64,000 nucleotides of DNA, taken from Pristiophorus japonicus (taxonomy: Eukaryota). Position numbers and translations under genes: made by a program. Positions 48,801 through 63,300 of the stretch are shown here, in pieces. The stretch covers positions 329,654,001 to 329,718,000 of the forward strand of contig NC_091977.1 of the NCBI RefSeq assembly GCF_044704955.1, written 5' to 3'. The notes beneath the pieces are model-generated. The model made no database searches, was not told the DNA's origin, and worked only from the letters and a program-made list of their open reading frames with translations. Positions within the stretch are counted from its first letter, which is position 1; the number at the start of each line of letters is the position of its first letter.

Positions 48801-49594
48801 TCGATTCTGTGAAGATATCTGTTTCGTGTTGTCATTCGTGGATATGAAAGCTTGGGCTATCGTGATGGCCTTGCTCAGATCTAGGGATTCGGCAGACAGC
48901 AGTTTGCGAAGAATGACCTCGTGGCCGATTCCAAGCACAAAAAAGTCCCTCAACATTTCCCCCAAAGATCCTGCAAATTCGCACTGTTCCGCAAAGCGTC
49001 TTAGGTCGGAAAAAAAACTCGCCACGTTCTGGCCCTCGGAGCGATGGTGCGTGTAAAAGCAATAACTGGCCATTAAGATGCTCTCCTTCGGCTTGAGGCG
49101 TTCCCGCACCAGTGTACACAGCTCTGTGTAAGTCTTGTCTGTTGATTTGACGGTGCCAGCAGATTTTTGAGGAGGCTATATATCGAAGACCCACATACGG
49201 TGAGGGGAATCACCCTGCGATTGATCGGCATCTCATCTTGTCCAGTTCATTGGCCACGAAGTATTGGTCGAGGCGCTCAATGAAGGTTTTCCAATCATCC
49301 CCCTCAACAAATCTCTTAAGAATACCAACGGCAGTCATTACCGCATGAAAGTTCATGATCCGTTAATCGTCGCCAATTTTTTATGTTCAGAATAAATCCA
49401 CAAGATTATATTGTAAGCTCAAACAGTTGTGACCTTGTTCTCTTTATTCAGACTCCAGAGTGGGGAAGCAGCATGGTGGATCACCTTTTATACCTGCTTG
49501 CCCAAGGGTGCATAGGTGACCCTTAGGTCTCCCACAGGTGTGCCCCCTAGTGGCAAGCCTTATATATTGGTGAGGTTTACATGCATACATAACG
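45803..49594 (-). mobile_element. Gypsy LTR retrotransposon with two LTRs and an internal deletion (non-autonomous)
   Basis: LTRs 45803-46016 and 49379-49594 (about 92% identical by hand count); PBS TGGCGACGA at 49367-49375; PPT at 46017-46037; gag with zinc knuckles; protease LDTGAS; RT core missing; no clean TSD. Confidence 0.92.
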
Positions 49595-50180
49595 GTCACA
49601 AAATAAACTAGGCACAAAAGATGCTGAAAGTAAGTCCTAGAATGCAATGAGGATGAACCTCAAAGGTTTTATTGCTCCATAAGAAGAGGGATAGATTCAC
49701 CCAGGTGCTGAAGTTGCTTTGACAGGGGAATTATTTCATCTTTATTTTGGGATATCCCTGCAAGTTCACCTCTCAGCAGTTTGGCGAATCCATTTCACAG
49801 CAAGTCACTTTCACTTATTAGTGTATAACACTATGAAAATAGGGAAGTGGAACATTTCAGTCATGTTTTGAAGGATTGGGGCTCTTTAGAAACGGATGGA
49901 TAGCTTTGTTTTTCAGCATCCCACTTAGTGTTTTTCTAATCAACAGCATCAAACTGCTCGAACAGTGTAGAATGATGTAAGCAGTTTCGACACTGGCATC
50001 TGATTACCAGCAATGAGAAAAAGGAACACGTCTAAACATGTTTATCTATTGTTAATGTTTTAAATGGCAAACATTACTGTAATGGGTGGCTGTCTTCCTG
50101 GATCTAGTTACCAACATTTCTGATTGCCCTTGATTCACAACATGTCTGTACTAGTCATCCAAAAGTAAATTAGTTGACAG

Positions 50181-51197
50181 GGGCTGGATTTTCAGCTGAT
50201 TTGTGCCCCATTTAGTGCCTCAGCGGGACACAAAAATGATTTTTTGGGGCTTGAAACGAGGCACAGAAGATTTTGCGCCCGGGCAGAACTTTCGCCAATG
50301 CTTTTGAGCGGCGCTAAAATTACCGCCCCACTGCTGTCTTGACTGTTGGGATGACGTAAATTGTCGCGCATCGCTGCACTAGTGCCCCGGGTAGAATTTG
50401 CGAGCATTTCACCCAGAAAAAACAGACGGTCCCAGGGCACTCCAGGAGCTAATGGCGCCATGTTGAAAGCAAAGGAAAAAGTCGCAGTTGTGAGTGATTA
50501 AAAGGATTGGGAGAAGAACGCTGCATTACTGCATACTTTTGATTGCAAAGTTTTATGTGAGTTTCTACTTTGTTTTATAAAGGACATTTAAAGACATTTT
50601 AAAAGATGGGGGCCATGCTAGGTCGGGAGCCGTTCATCTTGGCTGCTATTGCCATACGGCTGAAAACTGGAAGAAGGCTTGTTGTTGATCATTTGCAATC
50701 GAAGAGGTCACAAACGTATGGGGAGGAGGCCTTATCCCCCACAAGTTTACAGGGAACATCGCTCATACCTCCAGCTGCGCTTGCGAAAAGAAGTGATGAC
50801 AGAGATATGCCAGCTCCTACAGGCTACCAGCGGCAACAAGACTGCACTGCCCGGCGAGGTGAAGGTGACTGTGGCACTTGCCTTCCATGCCTCTGGCTCC
50901 TTCCAGGCATCAGCAAGGGACATATGCTCCATCTCGCAGCACGCTACACATTGTTGCATTTGCCAGGTGACTAACGCATTGTACGCATGCAGAATGGACT
51001 TCATAAAGTTCCCAATGACCAGGGAGACCTAAAATGAGAGGGCTATAGGTTTTGGATGATTTGCTGGCTTCCCCAAGGTTCAGGGTGCCATTGACTGTAT
51101 GCACAGTGCCCTGCAAGCAGCTTTATAGAAGGCAGAGGTTTTCCGAAAGTGAAAGGGGTTCCACTCCCTGAACGTACAGATTGTCTGCAACCATAGT
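50181..51197 (+). mobile_element. Harbinger left end and 5' transposase, interrupted by an LTR element
   Basis: cag|GGGCTGGATTTTC terminus; ATG at 50606; VKVTVALAFHASGSFQ, AGFPKVQGAIDCMH, GFHSLNVQIVCNH. Confidence 0.85.
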
Positions 51198-54100
51198 TGT
51201 TATGTATGTAAACTTTGTAATAGTGTAAGGCTTGCCACCAGGGGGCACACCGGTTGGAGACCCAAGGGTCACCTGCATACCTCGTGCAAGCAAGTATAAA
51301 AGGTTGTCTGCCATGCTGCTTCTTTACTCTGGAGTTTGATTAAAGAGACTAAGGTCACATCAGTTTGAGTTTACAGCACACAGTCTTGTGGAGTTATTCT
51401 GAACATAACAATTGGCGAAGAGTAACAAATCACGAACTTTCACATGGTTATGGCTGCCATTGGTATTCTTGAGAGATTTGTTGAGGGTGATGATTGGGAA
51501 ACCTTCATTGAGAGTCTTGACCAGTACTTCGTGGCCAATGAGCTGGATACGGACAGTAACGCAATCAACCGCAGGACGATTCTCCTCATTGTTTGTGGGT
51601 CCACGATAAATGGCCTCATCAAAAATCTGCTAGCACTGATGAAACCAACAGACAAGGCATATGCAGAGTTGTGTACACTGGTTCGGGAACACCACAAGCC
51701 GAAGGAGAGCATCTTAATGGCCAGGTATCGCTTTTACATGCACCATCGCTCCGAGGGCCAGGACGTGGTGAGCTATGTCGCCGACCTAAGATGCCTTGCG
51801 AGACCGTGCGAATTTGCCGGATTTTTGGGGGAAATGTTGCGGGACTTTATCGTGCTTGGAATCGGCCATGAGGTCATTCTTCGTAAAGGTTACACAGGCA
51901 GATAGGGAATGGGTGACCAGCAGTGGAAGGAAGGTAGTGCAGGGGCCCCCTGCGGGCATCTCCCTCCAAAAGAGATACACCACCTTGGGTACTGTTGGGG
52001 GAGATGACTCATCAGGGGACGGCAGAAGCAGCCAAGTCCATGGCACCAGGGGTCGCTCTGCTGCACAGGAGGGCAGGAAAAAGAGTGGGAGAGCGATAGT
52101 GATAGGGGATTCGATTGTAAGGGGAATAGACAGGCGTTTCTGCGGCCGCAAATGAGACTCCAGGATGGTATGTTGCCTCCCTGATGCAAGGGTCAAGGAT
52201 GTCTCGGAGCAGCTGCAGCGCATTCTGGAGAGGGAGGGTGAACAGCCAGCTGTCGTGGTGCATATAGGTACCAACGATATAGGTAAAAAAAACAGGATGA
52301 GGTCCTACAAGCTGAGTTTAGGGAGCTAGGAGTTAAATTAAAAAGTAGGACCTCGAAGGTAGTAATCTCAGGATTGCTACCAGTGCCACGTGCTAGTCAG
52401 AGTAGGAATGGCAGGATAGGTAATATGAATACGTGGCTTGAGGAGTGGTGCAGAAGGGAGGGATTCAAATTCCTGGGACATTGGAACCGGTTCTGGGGGA
52501 GGTGGGACCAGTACAAACCGGACAGTCTGCACCTGGGCAGGACAGGAACCAATGTCCTCGGGGGACTGTTTGCTAGTGCTGTTGGGGAGGGGTTAAACAA
52601 ATATGGCAGGGGGATGGGAACCTATGCAGGGAGACAGAGGGAGGCAAAATAGGAGCAGAAGCAAAAGATAGAAAGAAGAAAAGTAAAAGTGAAGGGCAGA
52701 GAAACCCAAGGCAAAAATCAAAAAGGGCCACATTACAGCAAAATTCTAAAGAGAAAAAGAGTTAAAAAGACAAGCCTGAAGGCTCTGTGCCTCAATGCGA
52801 CGAGTATTCATAATAAGGTGGACTAATTAGCTGCGCAGGCAGCTATTAACGAATATGATATAATTGGGATTACGGAGTCATGGCTCCAGGGTGACCAAGG
52901 CTGGGAACTCAACATCCAGGGGTATTCAACATTCAGTAAGGATAGACAGAAAGGAAAAGGAGGCAGGGTAGTGTTGCTGGTTAAAGAGGAAATTAACGCA
53001 ATAGTAAGGAAGGACATTAGCTTGGATGATGTGGCATCTGTATGGGTAGAGCTACGGAATACCAAAGAGCAGAAAACACGAGTAGGAGTTGTGTACAGAC
53101 CACCAAACAGTAGTAGTGAGGTTGGGGACAGCATCAAACAACAAATTAGGCATGCGTGCAACAAAGGTACAGCAGTTATCATGGGCGACTTTAATTTACA
53201 TATAGATTGGGTTAAGCAAACTGGTAGCAATATGGTGGAGGAGGATTTCCTGGAGTGTATTAGGGATGGTTTTCTAGACCAATGTGTCGAGGAACCAACT
53301 AGAGGGCTGGCCATCCTAAACTGGATGATGTGTAACGAGAAAGGACTAATTAGCAATCTTGTTCTGCTAGGCTCCTTGGGGAAGAGTGACCATAATATGG
53401 TAGAATTCTTTACTAAGATGGAGAGTGACACAGTTAATTCAGAGACTAGGGTCCTGAACTTAAGGAAGGGTAATTGCAATGGTATGAGACATGAATTGGC
53501 TGGAATAGACTGGGGAATGATACTTAAAGGGTTGACGGTGGATAGGCAATGGCAGACATTTAAAGATCACATGGATCAACTTCAACAATTGTACATCCCT
53601 GTCTGCAGTAAAAACAAAATGGGGAAGGTGGCTCAACCATGGCTAACAAGGGAAATTAGGGATAGTGTTAAATCCAAGGAAGAGGTATATAAATTGGCCA
53701 GAAAAAGCAGCAAACCTGAGGACTGTGAGAAATTTAGAATTCAGCAGAGGAGGACAAAGGGTTTAATTAGTAGGGTGAAAATAGAGTATGAGAGGAAGCT
53801 TGCTGGGAACATAAAAACTGACTGCAAAAGCTTCTATAGGTATGTGAAGAGAAAAAGATTAGTGAAGACAAACGTAGGTCACTTGCAGTCAGAATCAGGT
53901 GAATTTGACCAATTGAATAAATACTTTGGTTCTGTCTTCACAAAGGAAGACACATATAACTTTCTGGAAATACTAGGGGACCGAGGGTCTAGCGAGAAGG
54001 AGGAACTGAAGGAAATCCTTATTGGTCAGGAAATTGTGTTAGGGAAATTAATGGGATTTAAGGCCAATAAATCCCCAGGGCCTGATAGTCTGCATGCCAG

Positions 54101-57100
54101 AGTACTTAAGGAAGTGACACTAGAAATAGCGGTTGCATTGGTGATCATTTTCCAACAGTTTATCGACTCTGGATCAATTCCTTTGGACTGGAGGGTAGTT
54201 AATGTAACACCACTTTTTAAAAAAGGAGGTAGAGAGAAAACAGTGAACTATAGACCAGTTAGTCTGACATCAGTAGTGGGGAAAGTGTTGGAATCAATTA
54301 TTAAAGATGAAATAGCAGCACATTTGGAAAGCAGTGACCAGATTGGTCCAAGTCAGCATGGATTTAGTAAAGGGAAATCATGCTCGACAAATCTTTTAGA
54401 ATTTTTTGAGGATGTAACTAGTAGAGTAGACAAGGGAGAACCAGTGGATGTGGTGTATTTGGACTTTCAAAAGTGTTTTGACAAGGTCCCACACAAGAGA
54501 TTAGTGTGAAAAATTAAAGCACATGGTATTGGGAGTGATGTATTGACATGGATAGAGAACTGGTTGGCAGACAGGAAGCAGAGAGTTGGGATGAACGGGT
54601 CCTTCTCAGAATGGCAGGCAGTGACTAGTGGGGTGCCGCAGGGCTCAGTGCTAGGACCCCAACTATTTACAATATACATCAATGATTTAGATGAAGGAAT
54701 TGAGTGTAATATCTCCAAGTTTGCAGACGACACTAAGCTGGGTGGTGGTGTGAGCTGTGAAGAGGATGCTAAGAGGCTGCAGGATGATTTGGACAGATGA
54801 GTTGAGTGGGAAAATGCATGGCAGATGCACTATAATGTGGATAAATGTGAGATTATCCACTTTGGTGGCAAAAATATGAAGGCAGAATATTATCTGAATG
54901 GTGGCAGATTAGGAAAAGGGGAGGTGCAACGAGACCTGGGTGTCATGGTTCATCAGTCATTGAAAGTTGGCATGCAGGTACAGCAGGCATTGAAGAAGGC
55001 AAATGGCATGTTGGCTTTCATAGCGAGGAGATTTGAGTATAGGAGCAGGGAAGTCTTACTGCAATTGTACAGGGCCTTGGTGAGGCCCCACCTGGAATAT
55101 TGTGTTCAGTTTTGGTCTCCTAATCTGAGGAAGGATGTTCTTGCTATTGAGGGAGTGCAGCGAAGGTTCACCAGACTGATTCCCAGGATGGCGGGCCTGA
55201 CATATGAGGAGAGACTGGGTCAACTAGGCCTGTATTTACTGGAGCTTAGAAGAATGAGAGGGGATCTCATAGAAATATATAAAATTCTGACAGGACTGGA
55301 CAGGTTAGATGCAGGAAGAATGTTCCCGATGTTGGGGAAGTCCAGAACCAGGGGTCACAGTCTAAGGATAAGGGGTAAGCCATTTAGGACTGGAGATGAG
55401 GAGAAACTTCTTCACTCAGAGAGTTGTTAACCTCTAGAATTCTCTACCGCAGAGCGTTGTTGATGCCAGTTCATTAGATATATTCAAGAGGGAGTTAGAT
55501 ATGGCCCTGATGGCTAAAGGGATCAAGGGGTATGGAGAGAAAGCAGGAAAGGGGTACTGAGGTGAATGATCAGCCATGATCTTATTGAATGGTGGTGCAC
55601 CTATTTTCTGTGATTCTATGCCAGATTTCGTTGGAAAATGTTGTGGGACTTTTTCGTGCTTGAAATCGGCCACGAGGTCATTCTTCGCAAACTGCTGTCT
55701 GCCGAAACCCTAGCTCTGAGCAAGGCCATCACGATAGCCCAGGCTTTCATGTCCACAAATGATAACACTGAGCCAATATCTTTTCAGCATCGAAAATCAC
55801 CGGCATCTACTGTGCATAAAATAACGCCTTCAGCAGGCAGAACCTTACATGGCAGGGTCTACACGCCCGCAGAGGCCAGACCTAGGATGACTCAGATTCC
55901 GCTGTGGGGCGTGAATGCGAATCCATTAACACCATGTTGGCGCTGCGGGGGTGATCATCGAGCCCATCAATATCGATTCAAGCACTACGTGTGCAAAGAC
56001 TGCAGGACAATGGGGCACCTCCAGCGAATGTGCAGATGTGCTTCGACTCACCACGTGGCAGAGTCGGCAGAAGATGACTGATCCGGTGCGGATCACGCTG
56101 AACGAGTAAGAGAGGCAACTCAACCCGAGGCTGAAGAGGAAGTGTATGGAGTACACACCTTCACCACCAAAAGCCCTCCGATAATGTTGAAAGTCAAATT
56201 AAACGGCATTCCAGTTTTCATGCAATTGGACACGGGGGTGAGTCAATTATGAGCCAGAAGGCTTTTGAGAAACTGTGGGGCAACAAGGCACAAAGGCCAA
56301 AACTAAGCCCGCTTCATACAAAGCTGCGCACTTACACCAAAGAGCTCATACCAGTCATTAGCAGTGCGTGCGATGGAGCTGTGCATGATTTATCACTATG
56401 AATTGTACCCTCAGGCGATGGCCCAATGCTGTTCGGCAGAAGCTGGCTCGGAAAGATCCGATGGAACTGGGACGACATCAAAGCGCTGTCTTCGGTGGAT
56501 GACGCCTCGAGGGCCCAAGTGCTAAACAATTTTCCGTCGCTATTTGAGCCAGGCATCGGCAACTTCACAGGCGCCAAAGTGCAGATCCATCTAGTCCCTG
56601 ATGCAAGGCCCGTTCATCACAAGGCCCAAGCAGTTCCATATATGACTCGGGAGAAAGTCGAGATCGAACTGGACAGACTTCAATGAGAGGGAATTATATC
56701 GCTAGTCGAGTTCAACGACTGGGCCAGTCCAATTGTACCATGTTGAAAAGCGATGGCACAGTCAGAATCTGCAGAAACTACAAAGTAATGATCAACCGAG
56801 TCTCGTAACAGGACCAGTACCTGCTACCCAAAGCGGAGGACCTGTTCGCAATGTTAGCAGGAGGGAAGTCGTTCATCAAGCTGGATCTAACCTCTGCTTA
56901 CATGACACAGGAGCTGGCTGAATCTTCGAAAAGATTGACGTGCATCAACACACACAAAGGACTGTTCATATACCACAGATGCCCTTTTGGGATTCGCTCA
57001 GCTGCTGTCATCTTCCAGAGGAACATGGAGAATCTCCTGAAATCGGTTCTGCGCACTGTTGTGTTTCAAGACGACATCCTGATCACTGGTCGTGACACCA

Positions 57101-57971
57101 CTGAACACTTGCACAACCTGGAAGAGGTTCTAAAGCGACTGGACAGAGTGGGACTCAGGCTGAAATGCTCTGTGTGTTTTACTGGCGCCAGAGGTCGAAT
57201 TTTTGGGGAGAAAGATTGTGGCAGACTGCATCAGACCCACAGACTCTAAGACGGAGGCCATCAAGAATGCACCCAGACCACAGAATGTGACGGAGCTGCA
57301 TTCGTTCTTGGGACTCCTCAGCTATTTTGGTATCTTTCTACCCGGGTTGAGCACTTTGCATTTATTGCTATGTAAGGGTGACGACTGGGTTTAGGGTAAA
57401 TCTCAAGAGACAGCCTACGATAAGGCCAGAAACCTGCTATGTTCGAACAAGTTACTTATATTGTACGACCCCTGTAAACATTTAGTACTAGCTTGTCATG
57501 CATCTTCGTACAGGGTCGGTTGTGTGTTACAGCAAGCCAACGTGACAGGCAAATTGTAATTGGTTGCATATGCATCCAGAAGTTTATCTAAGGCTGAAAG
57601 AGCCTACAGTTTGGTTGAGAAAGAAGCATTAGCATGCGTATACGGGGTTAAGAAAATGCACCAATACCTATTTGGACTCCAGTTCGAGCTCGAAACCGAC
57701 CACAAACCATTCACTTCGCTGTTTTCAGAAAGCAAAGGTATTAACACCAATGCTTCGTCCCGCATCCAAAGACGGGCACTAACGTATGACTATGTAATCC
57801 GCCACAGACCAGGCACTGAGAGCAATGATGCCCTCAGTTAGCTACCATTGCCCACCACCGGGGTAAAAATAGCACAACCCGCAAACTTGCTTCTTGTAAT
57901 GGATGCTTTTGAGAGCAAGGGGTCACCCATCACGGCTCGCCAGATCAGGACCTGGACTAGCCAGGACCCTG
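51198..57971 (+). mobile_element. Gypsy LTR retrotransposon (5' LTR, gag, PR, RT, RNase H) with nested CR1; cut by a third LTR element
   Basis: LTR TGTTATG...CATAACA at 51198-51410; PBS TGGCGAAGAG; gag FVEGDDWETFIESLDQYF; KLDLTSAY, CPFGI, FQDDIL, ETDHKP. Confidence 0.93.
51888..55619 (+). mobile_element. Near full-length CR1 LINE (ORF1 esterase part plus ORF2 endonuclease-RT)
   Basis: ORF1 VIGDSIVRG and VHIGTND (SGNH esterase); ORF2 [41 protein letters not shown]; a few stops and frameshifts. Confidence 0.96.
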
Positions 57972-58122
57972 TGTGATACGTCCTTACTATACAGTATAAA
58001 TGCACACGAGGCCCATGCTTGAGAGGTCAGTTTGTGACCTGTCCTTTATTCCTTAGCACACAAGTGATGGAAGTGGGTGGAGCTTCCCCTTTTATACCTG
58101 AAGGTCCAGGTTAGGAGTGTCT

Positions 58123-60345
58123 CAGAAACATAGAAAATAGGTGCAGGAGTAGGCCATTCGGCCCTTCGAGCCTGCACCACCATTCAATAAGATCATGGCT
58201 GATCATTCACCTCAGTACCCCTTTCCTGCTTTCTCTCCATATCCTTTGATCCCTTTAGCCATAAGGGCCATATCTAACTCCCTCTTGAATATATCCAGTG
58301 AACTGGCATCAACAACTCTCTGCGGCAGGGAATGCCACAGGTTAACAACTCTCTGAGTGAAGAAGTTTCTCCTCATCTCAGTCCTAAATGGCCTACCCCT
58401 TATCCTAAGACTGTGTCCCCTGGTTCTTAACTTCCCCAACATCGGGAACATTCTTCCCGCATCTAACCTGTCCAGTCCCGTCTTCATTATAAGCTACTAT
58501 TTTGCCAAGTTTCGTATAATCTGTAAACGTTATAATGCTGCTCCCCAAGAGTCTAGGTAGTTTATAAAAATTGCAAAGAGGAATGGACCCAAAACGGACC
58601 CTTGGAGAACATCACTACAAACCACCTTAGTCTGAAAAAAAACACACCACCCTTTGCTTCCTGTCACTGAGCCAAGTTGTATTCATACCATCACTTTCCC
58701 CTCAATTCCATGGGCTACTATCTTCTTAATAAGCCTTCTGTGTGACATTTTGTCGAATGCCTTCCGAAAGTCAATTTTTACAACATATACTGCACTTCCT
58801 TGATCAACCTTTTCTGTTACCTCATCAAAGAATTCAATCAAGTTAATCAGACACAATTTACACCATTAACAAATCCACGCTGGCTCTCCGATTAACCCAT
58901 GCCTTTCCAAATGAAAGTTTATTTTGTTCCCGATAATGATTTCCAATAACTTCCCCAAACATCAATGTTAGGCTGACTGGCCTGTAGTTTCCTGGTTTAT
59001 CCATCTGCCCTTTCTTGAATAGTGATGTGACATTAGCAACCCCCCAGAAGGCATTCGATAAGGTTCCACATAAGACACTGTTAGCGCATGGAATTGAAGG
59101 CAAATGACTGATCTGGTTAGGAGATTGGTTAGGCCAGAGGTTCCCAAACTGTGGTATGTTTACCCCGGGGGGCGTGGGAGAAATTGGCGAATGGTGGATT
59201 TATTCATTAATTTTTTTATTTATTTATTGCGTTTTTATAATAGGTTACTCAGATGAAACTTTAAAACTCTGAGGGAATTTGTTATATAAAGTAATTAATT
59301 TACTTCAAGCTGTACCAATGAGAACAGATACAGAGATGATCCCATACAGAGCCCTCACCTCCTATCACCGTACAGTAAGTTGTATATGTATATTATAATT
59401 TGTACATTTTGTACAATGCTTGGGCATTAAGGGGGTTAAGATATAAAACCTGTGTGCTGGCAGGGTACGTGGGCAGCTGGTAGATCGGGAAGGGGGATAC
59501 GCAGTAAGTAAAGTTTGGTGACAGAAGACAGAGAATAGGGATAATAGGCATGTACTCGAATTGGAAGTGACGACTAGTGACCGACAAAGATCTGTGCTGG
59601 GGCTTCAAGTATTCACTATATTTATCAATGATTTAAGATAACTCAAGAGAGTGCCATATATCCAAGTTTGCCGATAACTGTATTGTAAGTACTGTAGACG
59701 GGAGCATAAAATTACAAAGAGACATTGATAGATTAAGTGAGTGGGCAAAGCTGTGGCAGATGGATTTCACCGCAGGCAAGTGAGGTCCTATTTTGGACCA
59801 AAAGAGGACAGATCTGAGTATTTTTTTTTAAATGGTGAAAACTAGGAACAGTAGAAGGCCAAAGAGATTTAAAGGTCTATGTACACAGATCACTAAAATA
59901 TAGTAGTCAGGTACAAAAAATAATCAAAGAGACTAATGGAATGTTAGCCTTTATAACTAAAGAGCAAGAATATAACAATAAGTTTGCTACAACTATACAA
60001 AGCCCTGGTTAGACCACATCTAGGCATTGCTCCTTGGAAGGAATATAATGGCCTTGGAAGGAGAGCAGTGCAGATTCCCCAGAATTTTACCAGGGCTCCA
60101 AGGGTTAGATTATAAGGAGAGATTACATAAATTAAGCTTGTATTCCTTGGAATACAGAAGGTTAAGGACTATTTGATCTAGGTTTTTAAGATTTTGAAAG
60201 GAATTGATAGGGTAGATTGAGAGAAACCTTTTCCACTGATGGGTTGTCTCAGATAAGGAGACATAGAATTACAGAACGATTAGAGCACAGGAGGCCATTC
60301 GGCCCATGCCAGCTCTCTGCAAGAGCACTTCAGCTAGTCCCACCC
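58123..60345. mobile_element. Block of CR1 fragments inside the 3' LTR
   Basis: CR1 3' end on minus (58123-58481), older CR1 RT on minus (about 58490-59040), CR1 on plus (about 59045-60260), short CR1 tail on minus (about 60262-60345). Confidence 0.8.
59134..59518. mobile_element. hAT-like MITE in CR1
   Basis: Starts CAGAGGTTCCCAAACT and ends ...AAAGTTTGG (truncated TIR); CR1 sequence resumes after it. Confidence 0.55.
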
Positions 60346-63300
60346 GCCCACAAGTTCACCACCGAGTGATCATTGTTCTCACAGTGTACAACTTAGATCA
60401 GATTATACATGGGTTACAATGCTGGTTGAATACATGACATCACCTCCCCCCCCAAAGTCTTATTGGGATCACAGGTTGAGTCTCTCGGGTGGTTTACGCT
60501 CTCTTGTAGAGCACCTGAGTTGTGGCTCTGGTTGTTGGGCGCTGGCCTGAGTGTCTGCTGTTTGCGGTGCATCAGGCCTATCCGGACTGCCCACAGTGAC
60601 TGGGCTCTCCTCCCTTTGGTTCCGGTGTTCGGTCACCTGTGGTGGAGTGAACTCTACATCGTGTTCTTCCTCTGCTTCTTCTATGGGGTTGCTGAACCTC
60701 CTTTTTGTTTGATCCACGTGTTTGCGGCAGATTTGTCCATTGGTATGTTTAACTACCAGAATCCTATTTTCGTCTTTGGCAATCACAGTGCCTGCAAGCC
60801 ATTTGGGCCCTGCAGCGTAGTTGAGGACAGAAACAGGGTGATTTACATCAATACATCGCGCCCTCGCATTCCTGTCATGGTAGTCATATTGTGACTGGCG
60901 CCTGCTCTTGACAATTTCTTTCATGGTGGGGTGTATAAGGAATAACCGGGTTTTGAGCGTCCTTTTCATTAGCAGCTCTGCGGGTGGAACCCCTGTGAGC
61001 GAGTGTGGTCGGGATCTGTAGGCCAACAGGAAGCGTGATAAGCGGCTTTGTAGGGAACCCCCTTGGATTCTGAGCATCCCCTGTTTGATTATCTGCACTG
61101 CTCGTTTTGCCTGGCTATTTGAGGCCGGCTTGAACTGTGCCGTTCTGACATGGATAATTCCATTGGCTGCCATGAAGTCGTGGAATTCAGTGCTTGTGAA
61201 GCACGGACCATTGTCGCTGACCAAGACATCCGGTAGACCCGTGGACGGCGAACATTGCCCATAGACTTTCTACCGTGGCAGAGGATGTGCTTGAATTTAA
61301 AATGTCACACTCGATCCATTTGGAGTAGGCGTCTACTACAACCAAAAACATTTTTCCCATAAAAGGGCCTGCGTAGTCCACATGGATGCGTGACCAAGGC
61401 TTGGCGGGCCATGGCCAGGGGCTAAGGGGGGCTTCTCTTGGCGCATTGTCCAGCTGGGGACATGTGTTGCACCTGCGAACACAAAGTTCCAGATCTGCGT
61501 CTATCCCTGGCCACCAAACGTGTGACCTGGCAATTGCCTTCATCATGACTATGCCCGGGTGCTCATTGTGGAGTTCTCTGATGAACACCTCTCTGCCCAT
61601 CTAGGGCATGACTACGCGGTTTCCCCACAGTAGGCAATCGGCCTGAATCGAGAGTTCATCCCTGCACCTGTGAAATGGTTTAAATTCCTCAGGGCATGCC
61701 CTGTACGTGGCTGCCCAGTCCCCATTCAGGACACATTTCTTGACTAGAGACAATAGCGGATCTCTATTTGTCCAGACTTTAATCTAACAGGCTGTCACGG
61801 GTGAGCCTTCGCTTCCGAAAGCTTCAACAGCCATGACCATCTCAGCAGCAGGCTCGGTAGCCCCCTCAGTGGTGGCTAGTGGGAGCCTACTGAGTGCATC
61901 GGCGCAGTTTTCGGTGCCCGGTCTATGCCGAATTGTATAGTCATAGGCGGCTAACGTGAGTGCCCACCTCTGTATGCGGGCTGATGCGTTTGAATTTATG
62001 GCCTTGTTGTCAGCCAAAAGGGATGTTAGGGGTTTGTGATTTGTCTTCAGCTCAAATTTCCTGCCAAATAGGTACTGGTGCATTTTCTTTACCGCATATA
62101 CACATGCGAGCGCCTCCTTTTCTACCATCCTGTAGCTCCTTTCTGCCTGGGACAGACTTCTGGAGGCATAAGCTACCAGCTGTAACTGACCCTTGGCATT
62201 GACATGCTGCAACACACACCATAGGACGACGCATCGCACGTTAACACAAGTTTCTTACATGGGTCATATAGTGTTAACAAATTGTTGGAACATAACAAAT
62301 TGCGTGCTCTATTAAAATCCCTTTCCTGGCTGTCCCACCAGACCCAATCGTGACCTTTGCTCAATTTGGGAAGAAAGTTCCCAAAATAGTTCAGGAGCCC
62401 CAGAAATGAACACAGCTCCGTCGTGTTACGGGGTCTGGGTGCTCTCTGGTCCGTCTTGGACGCAGTAGGGCTGATCCCGTCTGCTGTTACCCTCATCCCC
62501 AGGAATTCTACCTCTGGAGCTAGGAAGTCGCACTTCGCCTTTTTCAGTCGCAGCCCTACCCAGTCCCGTCTGTGTAGCACCTCCTCCAGGTTGTGGAGGT
62601 GTTCTTCAGTATCGTAACCCGTGATGAGGATGTCATCCTGAAAAACCACTGTCCCTGGAATTGACTTGAGGAGGCTTTCCATATTTCGTTGGAAGATCGC
62701 GGCGGCCGAGCGAATCCCGAACGGACATCTGTTGTACTCAAACAACCCCTTGTGTGTCGTGATGGTGGTCAGTTTCTTCGACTCACTCGCCAGCTCGTGG
62801 GTCATGTAAGCTGAGGTCAGGTCCAATTTTGAAAAAAGTTTGCCACCGGATAGCATCGCAAAGAGGTCCTCCACTCTCGGTAGCGGGTACTGGTCTTGGA
62901 GTAACACCCGCTTGATGGTGGCCTTGTAATCACCACATATCCTGACCGACCCATCCGCCTTGAGCACCGGCACAATCGAGCTCGCCCAATCACTAAATCC
63001 GACTGGCGAGATGATGCCTTCCCTCAGTAGGCGGTCCAATTCGCCTTCTATCTTTTCCCGCATCATGTACGGCACCGCTCTGGCCTTGTGGTGTACTGGC
63101 CTGGCGTCGGGTTTATGTGAATCACTACCTTGGCCCCCATGAAAGTGCCAATGCCGGGTTGAAATAATGAGTCAAATTTGTCCAGGATCTGTGAGCATGA
63201 TACTTGCTCCACAGAGGAAATTGCATTGACATCGCCCCATTTCCAGTTCATGACAGCAAGCCAACTCCTCCCCAGTAGTGCGGGACCGTCCCCCGGGACA

